A stretch of DNA of 64,000 bases, taken from the NCBI GenBank assembly GCA_977862235.1, contig OZ374565.1:1550001-1614000 (forward strand), written 5' to 3'. Positions 47,313 to 60,769 of this stretch are shown here, piece by piece (position 1 is the stretch's first letter; the number at the start of each line of letters is the position of its first letter). Both the position numbers and the translations under genes were made by a program. The notes under the pieces were generated by a model. The model was not told where the DNA came from and ran no database searches. It saw only the letters and a list, made by a program, of their open reading frames with translations. Origin of the DNA: Dudresnaya verticillata (Eukaryota).

Positions 47313-47723
47313 TTTCCTAATTGTAATATATTTTCTTTTCTTTTTTTCAAACCCACAAAGATCAATTTATTTCTTATTTTTTGCAGTTTCTGAGTACTTT
47401 GGAAATCTCCCGAACGTAGACTTTTGGTGGTTTAGCTATGATGTGCCACTTGTCAATATAGCCACTCTCAGCAGCTGCCTTAACTAGGTCACGAAGCTGA
47501 TTTCCTCGCCTAATATGTTCCACACCGTATTGGTGATTTTTGAATAATATTTTGCTACTGTATGTAATACAGTGAAGGACTTACAGAAGTGGGCCCTCTG
47601 CCCGCGTGTATGCGCTGAAATAGCGTTACCTATAGGGCACCAACAGGGACAAGATGGGTAGCCTATGATTGAATAACTTGGCTTGAAGAGCTGTTCAATC
47701 ATGGCTGAAACAATACTTATTTG

Positions 47724-47860
47724 TTTTTACTGTTTATGATTCAAGCACTGCCGTTCAACATATATGTTTTTACTGTTTATGGTTCAAGCACTGCCGTTCA
47801 ACATATATGTTTTTACTGTTTATGTTCAAGCACTGCCGTTCACAGTATTTGTTTTACAGC
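47724..47860. repeat. 43-bp tandem repeat x3 within the copia D LTR (also ~52740..52870)
   Basis: TTTTTACTGTTTATG(A/G)TTCAAGCACTGCCGTTCAACATATATG units. Confidence 0.9.
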
Positions 47861-48177
47861 TTCTTGCTCAAGCAGTTGAGTAGTTACATACTAGATATGT
47901 TGTTACGATTATTGCAACGGTTCACGGCTACTGTATGACAGAACGAGCTGTTTGTTAGGTTTATGTTACGTCTAGTACTACAGTTGTATTCGTGCTACAG
48001 ATTACGATGTAGTGCAGACTTTAGTCTATTTATAGTGACCTTCTCGAGGTCTGCAGTAGTTCTAGCCATCGAAACACAACAACACTTACCAACTTATCAA
48101 TACCACTTTATCTCAACACTTTCCCTTTCGTCAGCAATCCATCCATTCAGTGTGCATCCTCCTTTCCTTTTTAAGTT

Positions 48178-51100
48178 ATGGGCCCAGAGCTTCCTTCTCG
48201 CCCGAAGTTCTCATGGACACTCAAGGACACGCCTTGGACAGATGGCCGTGGTCCACAGGAAGCATATCTTCATGCAGTGAGACCATGGAAGTCATTCCAC
48301 AATAAGCTGCCTGACTCTAATAGCAACAAGATTCCCAAAGATCTTCAAGGACTTGTGTTGCAGTCCCAACTTTACGGTCGTGCAAAAGATTTGGTTAAAA
48401 AGCTGTCTACAAATGTGATTGAAAGTGAAGATGGCACACTTGCCATTGCTAAAACACTACACAAAGATGACCCTCTCGCCGTTGTCCACGATGTTTTTCA
48501 GAAATTCTTGTCTGTGTTGAATACAACGCGCGGTGGTACGGAAGGCTTCAAGAACTTCGAGCAGCGCTTCGATGCGCAATTATGTCGATTCAATTCTAGG
48601 TCTTCTACTGCACAGCTGCCGGAATCGCTCAGTTCTTTCTTGCTTTTGGCAAATTCTCGCCTTGAATCCAACCAACGTGTGTCGATCCTTGCTGCGGCAT
48701 CTCCTCGAGCATCAGAAGTATCTCGAGATGAATCTATGATGGACCGTATCAAGTACGAAGAAGTTGCTTCTATACTACGCACGTGTGACAAACCGCGTGA
48801 TGTTATCAAGCCTGTTAATACCACTATGTCTGGAAACAGTGCTTTTACTAGTTCACGTAACCGTGTAAAGCGTCGCTATCGGAAGCCCATTAGCGAGATG
48901 AATCCAGAAGAAATTGCTGAATTGAAGAAGAGGTCCACTTGCAGAAAATGCAAAGAGAAAGGACATTGGGAAGGCGGCCCCAAGTGCAAGGATTTAAAAA
49001 GAAATGAAGAAGGGCATTCTGACGCTGCTGGTAAGACTAAGACTAAAACCGTCAACTTCAATATGGTTTCCATTCGGGCCCGGCATAATTTTCCACTTAA
49101 CGTTCCTGGTCCCCTTTTGGACGATGGTGCACCATACTCCGGTATTGGATTAATCGAGCTGAAAAGGCTTGCTCCTTTTGTTATTCCAGATTGGTGTGGA
49201 AATTTAGGGCCGCTTCCAAGCTCCATTTCAGATCGACCTTACTGGCAATATGGCCAAGGAGAACACTCCAGTTCCCCTCGTCGAATTCTTGGTTCTGTGA
49301 AACTTGCTCTACGTAGTGACAATAACACTGTTGTTAACATTACCCACTTGGTGATTGATGGTTCGTCCCAATGGATTATAGGCAAGAATGTCACTAAGCT
49401 ATGCAATATCATTCACATTAATGGACACTATCTACAACTCCCTGCAACTGGTAACGATGCGAACATTGACAAGATATCAATTGTCAAGCATGATTTACTG
49501 GACTATATTCCATATGCAAAATTCTGCCATACCTTATTCCCGTCTGTTAATGAGGCACATGTTAAGTCTTTGGTTGGAAGCGTAACAAATATTTCTTGGA
49601 ATGACCTCAAAAAGATCATCGACAAGGTTCATCGTCATGTATGCGGACATTCTAACTACTACGACGTGAAGACACTGCTTGAGCGCAACCAGTTATGGAC
49701 TTCTGAGTGCGCCTCTTATTTGTCCAAAGTTTTGAACTCGTGTCGCTCATGTCATACTACGGACCTACCAGTCAAATCGAGAGCTGTCTCTTTAAACAAC
49801 TTCTCACGGGGGTTCAATGATTTGGTATTTGTCGACCATTTCTTCCCCGAAAATGAGAATGTGTTCCACATCATGGATTCGGTTTCTAGGTATTCTGCTG
49901 GAGACTGTACTCCATCCAAAGGTATGGATGACTCTATAAGTGTGTATGAGTCATGTTGGATCTCACCATTTTGGCCACCTACTGCTGTACAAGCAGACCC
50001 TGCCTTCGACAACCAAGACTTCAAGTCTCATCTGCATCACTATGGAACTGTTTTCCGTAAGGCTCCTCCGCGAAGACCAAGCAAGAATGCAATCGAATCT
50101 AAACACCGTGTTATCAAATCTATCTTTACTCGGTTGCGACATGCAAACCATGAAGCTAGTGCTCGATTGCTTATTCAGCAGTCAATTCGAATCTCGAATG
50201 ACTTGTACGGAAATGACGTCGCGTCAGCTCATAAAATCGTGAAAGGGTATACACGCCCCGTTCTTCCCGGTCAGGCACCCATCAAAATTCCTGATGATGT
50301 TGTCAAAGCGCATGAAGAGCTTTCAGTACGCCGCAAGCTAACTACCATTTTGCGCTCCAAAGCTACAGTAGATCGCCCGGTCCGTGTTGGTGATCTTGTG
50401 GAAGTTTATCTTAAGCAGCCTAACGAGAAGCGTGGTATCTGGACACAGCCTCGTTCAGTCCTAGAATTTGACAGACATGCCCATACTGTGACAGTACCTG
50501 GCAAATCTGGTCGCAAGTTGTCTGCTGCAGTAGAAGATGTTCGATTCGCGTTGCCAAGCGCTGCAGATTTTTCCCATGCTGTGCAAGAAGCTATTGATGA
50601 CGCTTCTGAAGCCGTAGTTGATGCCGTTGATACTATTTCTACTGATGATGATGGAAATAGCGCCGCAGAAGAAGATGGAAGTGCAGATGATGATGATTGG
50701 AAACAAACTACTGGTGTTTTATTTGCGTCGGTTGATGATGATGGCGATGGATACGGGGCCAACCCTGGTAATGATGAAAGCGCGAGTGCACATGAGCTGA
50801 TTAACGATAACACAAATGAACCAATTACAGATTCTGCTGCACCTCCTGAACAGCACATCTTGCCTAGTGATCTTCGTACGGACCAGTCTGATTTAACCTA
50901 CACCCCGCCTAGTGGTCGTGTCAGCGCTAGGGAGCTGAATTCTCTTGATTCACCTGCTCACAGCAATGAGCAGCAGAAGGTGACTCGCTCACAACGTGGT
51001 AGCGCGGCTGAAATTGTTTTGCAGCCAGGCACAAAATTGTGTAGCTCTGAACAGTTGCTACTTGAGAAGTACTATCAAAGGTTCGGCAGTAAGGAGTTTC

Positions 51101-52664
51101 TTCTTTACGAGGCTCAAGGATTGCCTCCCTCCGTAACCGAAAACGCCTACAGAGCAGAAGAGAACGGTTTTCTCGCTACCTGCGAAACTGTTCCTGTGTC
51201 CAGTGTTCCGCGAAATGCCAACATAATCACAAGCCATGTACTCTACAAGATCAAAGTACAAGATGATGGATCCAAATGCTGCAAAGCCCGTATCGCACCT
51301 CATGGAAACAAAGACAGAGAGAAGAAGAACCTGAAGACTGATTCAGCATCATGCCCTCCTTTGGGTTTCCGCATTCTGTTCTCAATAGCTGTTTTATTTC
51401 AATGGACTCTAAGCAAGGTAGATGTCAAGAGCGCTTTCCTTCAGTCTGGCCCTGCAACACGAGATGTATATGTGATACTTCCTCGTGAATGTCTTAATAA
51501 GTCGATGTTTTGGCTGCTACTTGCCGCAAGTTACGGTTTGGTGAATACAAATGCAAAATGGCAACATCATTCGGACTCAACTTTCAGTGAGCTTGGTCTC
51601 AAGTCAGTGGTCTATATACCTCCGCTTTTCTACTTGTTACATGATGGAGCACTTGTGCTTCTGGTAGCGAAAGTGGTTGATGACATCTTAGTTACTGGTA
51701 CTAAGGCTGCAAAGAAATGGTTTGTCGACGCTTTGGCTAAGGTTTATGAGTTAGGGACAATTGTTCATCTCCCAGGTACCTTTTATTTCTTTGGACTCAC
51801 CGTTTCACAAGATAGTTCTGGATTCATTACTATTTGTGCAGATGATAAGCTTGAAAAGCTTCAACAGTATAATCTTGGTCGACTGCGCAGGAAGCAAGCC
51901 GACGCAGCACTGAATTCATTTGAGAAGTTTCAATTTGAGTCAATGAATGGCTCTTTCGGCTTTTTGGGACAAAACGTGAGCCCCTTTGCTGCATTTTTTC
52001 AAGTTTTATGCAACAACGCAGGTCTAAACCAACCATACATGACATTGTTCGGCAGTCTGGATTATTGAAGAAACTTAAGAAGATGGGCTCTACTACCAAA
52101 TTTTGTGTTCCGCTTCACGGTGACTTACCGGTCCAAGTAGTTGTTTTTCTGATGCTGGACGTCCCAATACACATGGACAACTCGGGTATGTAGCTGATCT
52201 CCTCATTGGAGAGTTGAAGTCAAATGCGCGCTTTCATGTTTTAGGTTGGCGATCCCATTTGTCAAGGAGGCCCGCGAAATCAAGCGCAGCTGCTGAAGTC
52301 ATGGCAGCAAGTGAAGCTCTCGATGATGGAAAAATTATTTGCAGCAGCAAATTCTGTTTTGCTACAAGGTACAGTTCACTTGCATTTAGTGGTGGACTCG
52401 AAAGATTTATTCTCCTCTTTGTCAACGTGCCGCAGTCATGAAGACAAATCAATTACTGCTGATGTTCAATTAATTCGGTACAACTACGAAACGTATGCCC
52501 TCAACTCAGTTATATGGATTCCAGGCAAATTGAACTTTGCTGATGTACTAACAAAACTGGACAGTCCAATAAGTGAAAGTCTACAATTGCTGGTGTTCGA
52601 TGGTGCGCTTCCTTTTGATTTCATCAATTGCGAATCTCGTACTTCAGAGCAGTCTCTAGGGTAG
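48178..52664 (+). pseudogene. pol: Gag-Pol of copia D (1296-codon ORF, then frameshifted RT end/RNase H)
   Basis: CRKCKEKGHW knuckle; LDDGA protease; HRHVCGH/CRSC and DDE integrase ahead of RT (DVKSAFLQ, YGL, VVDD); RNase H 'VDSKDL', 'NFADVLTK'. Confidence 0.95.
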
Positions 52665-54068
52665 CAATCTCAGAAAGGAAGGTACGAATAACTTGGCTTG
52701 AAGAGCTGTTCAATCATGGCTGAAACACTACTTACTTGTTTTTACTGTTTATGATTCAAGCACTGCCGTTCAACATATATGTTTTTACTGTTTATGGTTC
52801 AAGCACTGCCGTTCAACATATATGTTTTTACTGTTTATGTTCAAGCACTGCCGTTCACAGTATTTGTTTTACAGCTTCTTGCTCAAGCAGTTGAGTAGTT
52901 ACATACTAGATATGTTGTTACGATTATTGCAACGGTTCACGGCTACTGTATGACAGAACGAGCTGTTTGTTAGGTTTATGTTACGTCTAGTACTACAGTT
53001 GTATTCGTGCTACAGATTACGATGTAGTGCAGACTTTAGTCTATTTATAGTGACCTTCTCGAGGTCTGCAGTAGTTCTAGCCATCGAAACACAACAACAC
53101 TTACCAACTTATCAATACCACTTTATCTCAACACTTTCCCTTTCGTCAGCAATCCATCCATTCAGTGCGCATCCTCTTTTCCTTTTTAAATGATTGGTCG
53201 AAGTGTCACCCTGCAGGTCAGTAGCTTAGTATCTGTGTATTTATTTTAGAAATTATTGCTTAGGATAGGGGGCGTGTATATAGCGCAGTATGAGGGGTGC
53301 TGCCTGACAGTCGGAGTACCATATAAGGGTATCTCCCGTAGCGGTCACTGAACAGTAAAGGCAAGCACCTTCCGGCCCCAACTACGTCTCCAAGCTATCG
53401 GCACCGCAGCACACTTGTCACCCGTGCCCGGTTAACCGCCCGCCCAGTGAACTACCTTCAGTATCGTGCTTCCAATCAGGTTACGTGCCCTCGTCTACCC
53501 TCTGGGTTCCTCCCGCTCTACCACCGCTACCAGGTACCCGCTCTGTGGCTTTCTCATTGAGTGCACTCTTTGAGTTCACAAGAGACCTAAAAGGCACTTC
53601 CTAACACTGTAACGCGTTCCACAAAGGTCGCAGTTAATGTTAACAAAACGGTCGTATTGGCGCTCTAAATGGCTTACAGCCGTATTAAATCCTTCTCTCT
53701 TGAATATTTCTTCCAGGTGTAATTTGGATGTGTTATGGTCGTCCCAGGATTGGTTGACAAATTTAGTGTGACCGTACTGGAAACACTTTTTGTTACTGTA
53801 ATTAGGCTTGGCTGTAATATTGAATGTCGGTCCCGTAAAAGCACTCGGTAATTTTGCCAAAAATTTGTCCTTATTTTCCACGTTTGTTAGCTTCTCTTTT
53901 CCTGGTTTTTCACTTTCTGCTTTTTAAATTGTTTTCTCGGTATTTAACGTATTCGGCGATGCTGTTTTCAAAGGCTGCTCAGCCTTATTTGGCTCAATAC
54001 TGGGCGGAATAGCGCTCACTGCACACAAAAAGTAAACGTTAGCGATCTAGTAGGCGATGCTACCAATT

Positions 54069-54439
54069 TGTCGCGGCTCAGATAGCACTGTAATGAATAA
54101 ACTTACTGTTGGGGTTTTTTTGGGTGGTTGATGAAGCACGCGGTGCTTTTGACACACTGCTTGGACTCGCCGACTCAGAAGTTTTTGCTTCAGACTTTTG
54201 CGGCTTGCCTCCCTTTCTCTACGAGAGTCGAGAGCAGACCTCCTTTATAGAATTCTAGTAGTTAGAGAAAGCTCGATGGAACTTACTAAAACTAGCACTT
54301 AATCTATAGACTAAGTAAAAGACTACAATAAAGACTAACAGGATTGCAGATTGAAAATTCATTAAAAATTGCTGAGGTCAGCTGCTATTATGGCGCTTTG
54401 TAATTTTGCCACTTTGCAGTTTTGTTACTGTTTGTAACA
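54069..54439 (-). repeat. 5' LTR of gypsy C (371 bp)
   Basis: TG...CA termini; iMet-type PBS 3 nt downstream; first 91 bp duplicated at 43782..43872. Confidence 0.85.
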
Positions 54440-55782
54440 GTACTAGGCCACGGTGAAGCATACTTTATGATGTCGTCCACAGGCGGCGACCTCTGGCCGG
54501 CTTGGGATCCGGATATTTTTGATTAGAGCGTAGAAAGTACAGCGAAGGGGCCACTTGGCATACACCCGCCCAATGGGCGCCAGCTGGCGTGTAGATGAAA
54601 CGACACCTAGTACGTGGTACACGTGGCAGGAAGTGTTGCATCCGTTTTCTTCCGCAGATGCGTCCATGGTAGCCTTCAGAAGACTGGGTGACAGTCCATA
54701 GTCGGTGTCCGCTGTGCCAAGTTCGGAAACCGCTGTCCCAGATTTCGTATGCTGACAATCTCGGGGAGTTACTGCTGCTCCAACCTGCAGAATGTGACAG
54801 CATGTGACAACTACACTTTACAGTCAGGCGACGGAAAAATTGCTACATTGCAACTCCGCAAGTTGCAAAACTGGACCACGGCCCCGGCAGGAAGCAACCG
54901 GCGCCGTGGCGACTACCCGCCCGCATTCTGGCGTCCCGAATGCCCCGCGGGCATCTTTATTGCCCCAGTCGACGCAAAAAATTAACGTACAAATTAATGG
55001 CAGTCCATACTTGCTAGAACGTGTGGGCACATGCCTGCATGGCAAATATCAACTCGTAGACCCAGACTAAGGCTTCTGCAAAAAGGGTCGTCGAGTCGTG
55101 GAAACTGTCCGAAGCTTTCGTAATCCGACGAAAACCGCAGTCGAGTCGGGCGTGACGTGAAGCACTGAAATGAGGCCCGAGTGCAACGGTGAGAAAATCA
55201 GCGAAATTATACTCCCTCATTGGCCCGACGACAAATCAGGGCCGGCTGTCCGGCGAGTGTGCTAAGCTCGAAGGAAGCAAGCCGGCTTTCGCACTAACCA
55301 ATCACCTTCCAGTAGCGTTCATGGAACGGATGCACGTAGTGGACCAAGTGGACCAATCCCCACCAAATGGATGCCGAAATTTGGTGGACCTTCGGTGGAA
55401 TTCACGTCGATCCCTCCGCGCTTGACCAAGACTCCTTCGGTTCGTGGCAAGCTGATGCCAAGCTTCCCGCCCTCCCTTCTTTTGCTGTATCGGCGCTTGG
55501 ATACCCTCTTCGTGATCCTATATCCTCCAGAGTCTTGAGCTTCGTGCCTTGACGGTCTCGGAGACGTTGCGCCCATCTTCCGAGTAGTCGCCTAGGTGAA
55601 AGTGCCTGTGCACCACTTCTTCCAGCTCCCGCTTCCACCTGAGAATTCTTCGACTCTCGCCTTGCTTCCTCTCACCGCGAAATCTCCCGTTCAAGCTCGC
55701 AAGCGACCGTTTGATCGTTCTCTCCTGGGCGTTAGAGCCATTGGGTACAGCCCCTTCCCAATGTCTAGTCATTTGAACTGAT

Positions 55783-57196
55783 ATGACATCAGCCAGAAGA
55801 ATTGCTTTCGAGAGCGAAATACCGGTTATTTTCAACCTCAAGATGGGCGAAGATCAGGTCCCGCAGCGAGACTTCACCGATTTCTACATTAAGTCCGACA
55901 ACAAGGATGTATCGTTGCTTGAGTTGGGAAAGGGCGACGGTGACAGTCATGATTTCGTGGGAAGAGGCTGTGAAGTTTCCCGACTGGAAAGATGCTGAGG
56001 GTCATTACGACTCCTCTTGCTGAGTGGCGTTTCGAATACAGCGGCGACCCATGTATCTGGATCCGCTCTGCGAACGCATGGTACCGGCTTAAGAGCGCAG
56101 CGAGTAGATACAGCAAGACGTATCAGCACTTGAGGCGCCCTTTCGAGATGTGCGCAAGAATATATCTCCAGGCCACGACGATGCAACGCGTGACGTATCA
56201 GACGTTCTTGGAAAGACTTACCCGTCGGTGGAAGAACATGAAAGCCTACACGGAAGAGGAGATTTTTGCAGAAAAAGAGTTCATTCTTCAGCAGCTGACA
56301 TCCCTCAACAACAGGAAAGTAAATTCCCTGGAACTTGTCAAGAAGTTGCGGGAAGGGGAGGAAGCCTTCTCCTCCGGGAATAATGAAGGAGTCCTCAAGG
56401 GTCCCGGTAGTCAGCAAGATCCCACACCGAAAGTCGAAATGAATCCATCGCATCAAGATCTTTGGGTTCCGAGTCAAGCACTTGATGAGGAAGGAACCGC
56501 AAGGTTACTACAAGCAGCAATGAAGATTATTGCTCTAATGTGCAAACAAGGAGCAGCCAAACCCTTTCTTCATTCTGTAGATCCCATACGGGATAGGGCA
56601 CCAAACTATTTGCATATCATTAAGAGACCGATGGACTTCGGGACCATCAAGAAATGTTTATGAGCGGGGCTTACTCCAATGCCCTGCAGGTGGCCAACGA
56701 TGTGCGTTTGATCGTACAGAACTGCCGGACATACAACGGAAATGCTCATGTGTACACGAAATATGCCGTCAAACTTGGATCAGCATTCGAGCATCTGATT
56801 CGAAGGAGAGAATCCTTCGAACTCAGCAGAGCCCAACAAGTGAATCAGGGAGAGACAGAAATGGCTCGAGTTGAAACGGACCAGAAGACTCCGTTACCGC
56901 CTTTCTATCCTACAACGTATTGTGCAACAGGCTCTCCCGGTGCAACCCTCATTAGATCTGTACCAGTTCAATCACAAAGCCTTGAGGCAGTTGAAGAACA
57001 TACCATGAAACGTCTACTAGATCCTTGCGCCTCCAGAGCATGTAGCAAGATGAGCAGACCAGACAGCAAGTATTGCTCGCAAGACTGCGGGATAGCTGTC
57101 GCCATCGCGCGTATTCGACAGATGGAGGAAGCTGGGATTGATGTCGAGGACTATATCTGTGAATCAGAGAGGGCCATAAGCGATAGAAATCCATGA
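55783..57196 (+). pseudogene. DNMT1-RFTS(RFD)-like domain + bromodomain + CFP1/Spp1-like Cys finger protein, two 1-bp frameshifts
   Basis: 'PQRDFTDFYI..VSLLEL' and 'EWRFEYSGDPCIWIRSANAWYRL...RYSKTY' (RFD-like); 'PFLHSVDP...PNYLHIIKRPMDFGTIK...DVRLIVQNCRTYN' (bromo); 'CASRACSKMSRPDSKYCSQDCGIAVAIARI'. Confidence 0.78.
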
Positions 57197-59000
57197 CCTC
57201 AAACGCCCACTGCAAGAAGGATACGGGGAATGGAATCGCATATGGTACATCCGCAGGCGACGCTGCAAGGCGAGATGCTGCGTCGTGATTTCGGGGATGC
57301 GAAAAAGAGGGCGGAGCCTAAATGAACGGGGGACATCCAAGGAGTCTTTTGGGACCCGGCGGGGCAAAAATATGGAGAGATGTTATGCCGCCTTCCACTC
57401 AAACAAAACCGCAAGTGTCAAAACATGGAGCTTTCATTAAACATTGCTGGCAATAACTGCTTCTTCGCAGAGGATCAGAAGCCTAACTACTACCTTGGAT
57501 ACCTCTCTCTTCTTCTGAAACCGCCCTACATCATAGCAACCCCAAGTAATGTTGAAGCCTGCGCCTTTTTCCCATTGCACATGAGCAACGTGACTGCGCA
57601 AGACATGTTTCCCCACTGCAGTATCAAATTGTGGAAAATTCGATCACTGAGGGAAGTCCTTCTCGGCACCAGCAGTATCGAGTCTTCGTCGCAAGGTCTG
57701 AAGAAGAGGTAGTCATTGCCGGACCCGCCAAACCGTTCTTCAGTTAACTCTGCAGTTTGAAAAGCTCTTGCAGGAAAGACGGGGGCATTGTTTCGGACCC
57801 CAGTCACTCGTCTTTCGCTCCCATATCTCCCTCTGCTACCTCAGAATTATCGCTGGCTTGGATAGCTACTTGCTTATGTTGCCCTGATCGCAGTCAGCTT
57901 CATTTCTTGGATTTCATCGAGCACGGCCAGTACTACAGCCCATCCTCGCCCAATTCAACTGCGCAGTTATTTTTGCATTCTGCTGTGCTTCTTTTGAATG
58001 ACATATTTTATACGGGGTTTGTGGGTTTGTGATTTGCATGAAGACAGGGAAGATTTTCTTCTTTCAGTTGCTGGGAACAGAGAACAGGGGTACGTGAGGG
58101 AAATCGTGCGTTTCGTCATATGCTCAGCTATTGCCTTCAGGAAGAATCGCATAGGCAGTTCTTGCCGTATCATTGAGGTTCAAGGAAGACGGAAGTGGTA
58201 TATACTGTTGAGGGAATCACGTTGAGGCAACCGCTGAACTTCAAGTCCACCCCTGATCGGGATTGGGTTGACTTGAAGGTGGAAAGATGAATCTTATCGC
58301 TAATAGTCTAACGTGGACCAGAGCGAGTTGATGAGTATTTTCTTGCATTCTTGGCTGAGACAGACTTCCTTCAAACCTTCGGACCCATTTGAGATGCTTG
58401 GAGATTCATCAGAGATGCAGTCTGAGAAGATCGGTATGGTAGCTCAGTTTACTCCCTTGTTAGGTTATCATGCATCAGGATCGGAGCTGGAAATACAGCA
58501 GCCATGCTTGGGTAATGTACTTCGATTCAATTGCAGTGGAGTGGGTGAACTGGGAAACGCATTCGTAGTTGGATTTCTGTCGACTCTCTTGCTATGCTTC
58601 TCTCAATACCAAATTGACCAGCAGTCGTTGAGCTTAAGCACGGAAAGACTGTTCACCGCATTTGAGACGACATTTTTTGTGATCTGGCGGCTTATCGGTT
58701 TGGTAAGAACAAGAAAGATGAATTGCACATTGCAGCGAGTGTTAAGTTTCTCGTAAAATCGAGAGAGAAGAACTTTATTAAGAAGAGTGAGAGGGCGCCC
58801 CGTGATTTATATGTTGAGGAAAGAGGGCAAGGCTGGTCCATCTCACGGAGATATCTCACGGGGATAGCTCTTGCCCATTCAGTCATTGGCCGCGTGGTCT
58901 CAGCACTGTTGTACAGAGCGATTTTTATCTCCGATCCGCACCGGTCGACGTAGAGCAGAACCAACGTCTCGGGTCGCGTAAGCGGTTTGTCATTGCCCAA

Positions 59001-60569
59001 TCACTTATCGCGCGCCGTCATGTTTCTTATTGTGCCGTCCACCACAAACCGAACTCCACTCCCGTCGTACCGAACAGGCACCCGCATCGGAAACCGTTCC
59101 CGGAGCCTCATCACATGCTCAATCGACTGCCTTACCATCACAGCCAACCTCTCGCGGTCACCTTCGGCGAGCTTGATCATGCGTTGGCGCGGGTCAGCCT
59201 CGCACCACACGTCCTTGTAGTAGCACCCGCTCTCCACCACACCGGCCTTGAGCCCTGCCTCAAACCGCAAGTATCGTAGCCCAGCGTTGCCGCCAGCCAG
59301 GTAGCATCGTTCGGTGACGTCTTTTGGGAAGATCTCCAGCAGCGCCCCAAACGGCCGGACAAACATCGTGTTAACAAGATTCGCCCCATGAATCCCCACA
59401 ACAATCCCCACACCCTCGATCTCGCGCACCTGCTGCTCAAAACTCTGACTTTCTCCCTGCTCCAACACCTTCAGCTGCGCTCCGACTCGTCTCGTCTCAT
59501 TGTGAAGCACAGCCCCAAACCACCTCTCATCATCCTCCGAAAACCGACGCATCCCACCCGCCTTGAAGTACCCATCGCCGCTCGGCTTCCCTTTCCGCTT
59601 GGCATATCCCACCACGAAGGGCGGCAGGTCTGACCATGCTGGCCCGTCTACGCCCGGCACGGTCGTTTTCATTTTCAGCCCGCCGTATACTGCTCGTCGG
59701 AAGTCGACTGAATCCTTTGAAAGTGCCGAGCCGTCTAGTGCGACGTCCGTGCCGTTCGGAAAAGCCCAGGTGTTGTAGTGCCCCCGTCGACCGAGCACGA
59801 TGGGCTGATCGAGGCATATTGTGTCCGCTTTCGCCTGGGGGAGAAAGTGGACGGTGACGGTGAGCCCGAGACGCACCAAACGCTCTCGAAGTAGGATCTC
59901 CAGCAGGTCGTGCTTCCATGGGTGCCCGAGGATGATATCTTTCGATTGCCATTGGAGGACATGCAGCTTGTTAGGGCGTGTCGCGTGGGGAAACAACAGA
60001 GACAAGCGCTCCACGACGCGCACCAGGTCAGTCACCGGGTTGACGAAGTGGTACATATTCCGTGGGAAGGCGTAGTCTGGAACGACGATGGTCGGCTCCG
60101 CCAGATGTAGCGTAGTGTTGCCTTTTGTGGCAGGAGTCAGCGGGCGGAGTAACGGGCATTCCGGGCGGGCGCGACGAAGGCCGCTACCGTGCGCGCAGTA
60201 CACAAAGTCATGGCGGAAGGTTTCACAGGTGTGTGAGGTGCCGTTCAGAACTGCCGGGAGCGTATGCCTGGAACTTGTGAGATTCGCGTGCAGAATGGCG
60301 CACTCTGGCTTAACCGCGGGCGTGTACAGCGTGCGCCGGGACGGTGAGAGGCACAGCGCGGGAGGAACGCAGAGCGAGCGAGTGCTGAATTCCCAGAGGT
60401 TCGGTGAGGACGGGTTGATGTTGGTCAACAAGCAGACTTCGCGCGCGATGTGCGGCCTAGTGAAAGCCTCGCTGGAATCCGGCCACGATGAGAGCAAGCG
60501 GAGCGCTAGAACAAGGAGGCAGAGAACGGCGGTAGTGCCCAGGGATGACTTGGTTGAGATGCGCTTCAT
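59001..60569 (-). CDS. Glycosyltransferase family 61 (DUF563-like), type II membrane protein
   Basis: N-terminal signal anchor; 'NMYHF'; 'SFEQQVREI...VVGIHGANLVNTMF...ALLEIFP'; uninterrupted 522 aa. Confidence 0.88.
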   Translation of the reverse strand: MKRISTKSSLGTTAVLCLLVLALRLLSSWPDSSEAFTRPHIAREVCLLTNINPSSPNLWEFSTRSLCVPPALCLSPSRRTLYTPAVKPECAILHANLTSSRHTLPAVLNGTSHTCETFRHDFVYCAHGSGLRRARPECPLLRPLTPATKGNTTLHLAEPTIVVPDYAFPRNMYHFVNPVTDLVRVVERLSLLFPHATRPNKLHVLQWQSKDIILGHPWKHDLLEILLRERLVRLGLTVTVHFLPQAKADTICLDQPIVLGRRGHYNTWAFPNGTDVALDGSALSKDSVDFRRAVYGGLKMKTTVPGVDGPAWSDLPPFVVGYAKRKGKPSGDGYFKAGGMRRFSEDDERWFGAVLHNETRRVGAQLKVLEQGESQSFEQQVREIEGVGIVVGIHGANLVNTMFVRPFGALLEIFPKDVTERCYLAGGNAGLRYLRFEAGLKAGVVESGCYYKDVWCEADPRQRMIKLAEGDRERLAVMVRQSIEHVMRLRERFPMRVPVRYDGSGVRFVVDGTIRNMTARDK

Positions 60570-60769
60570 GGCTCCATGGCCGGCGGCTGAGCAAGCCTTA
60601 GCGGAAGGTTGCGGTCAGATGTACGATGCTAGAGCAGAGTATGACTGGCGTCCAGCAAGCGGAAGGTGAAGTTTGATTTCTTGGTGTTTTGTTTAGAGTG
60701 GTCCTGCGCGGGCAATCAGCGACTGCCACCAACGCTTCGATCACGAAAAGAAATGGAAGCCTTTACTTG

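Larger units (their letters stand above)
47670..53189 (+). mobile_element. Ty1/copia element D, complete, with 5-bp TSD ATGAT
   Basis: 505-bp LTRs 47670..48174 and 52685..53189 with about 5 differences by eye; ATGAT at 47665..47669 and 53190..53194; PPT AGAAAGGAAGG. Confidence 0.96.
43782..54439 (-). mobile_element. Ty3/gypsy chromovirus-like element C, internally deleted and interrupted by copia D
   Basis: 5' LTR 54069..54439; PBS TGGTAGCATCGCC 54053..54065; PPT AAGAGGGGAGGAG; 91-bp 3' LTR remnant 43782..43872 matches 54349..54439. Confidence 0.9.

Noticed and set aside
57200..59000. Short ORFs between the bromodomain and GT61 genes
   Set aside because: No recognisable motif or consistent frame
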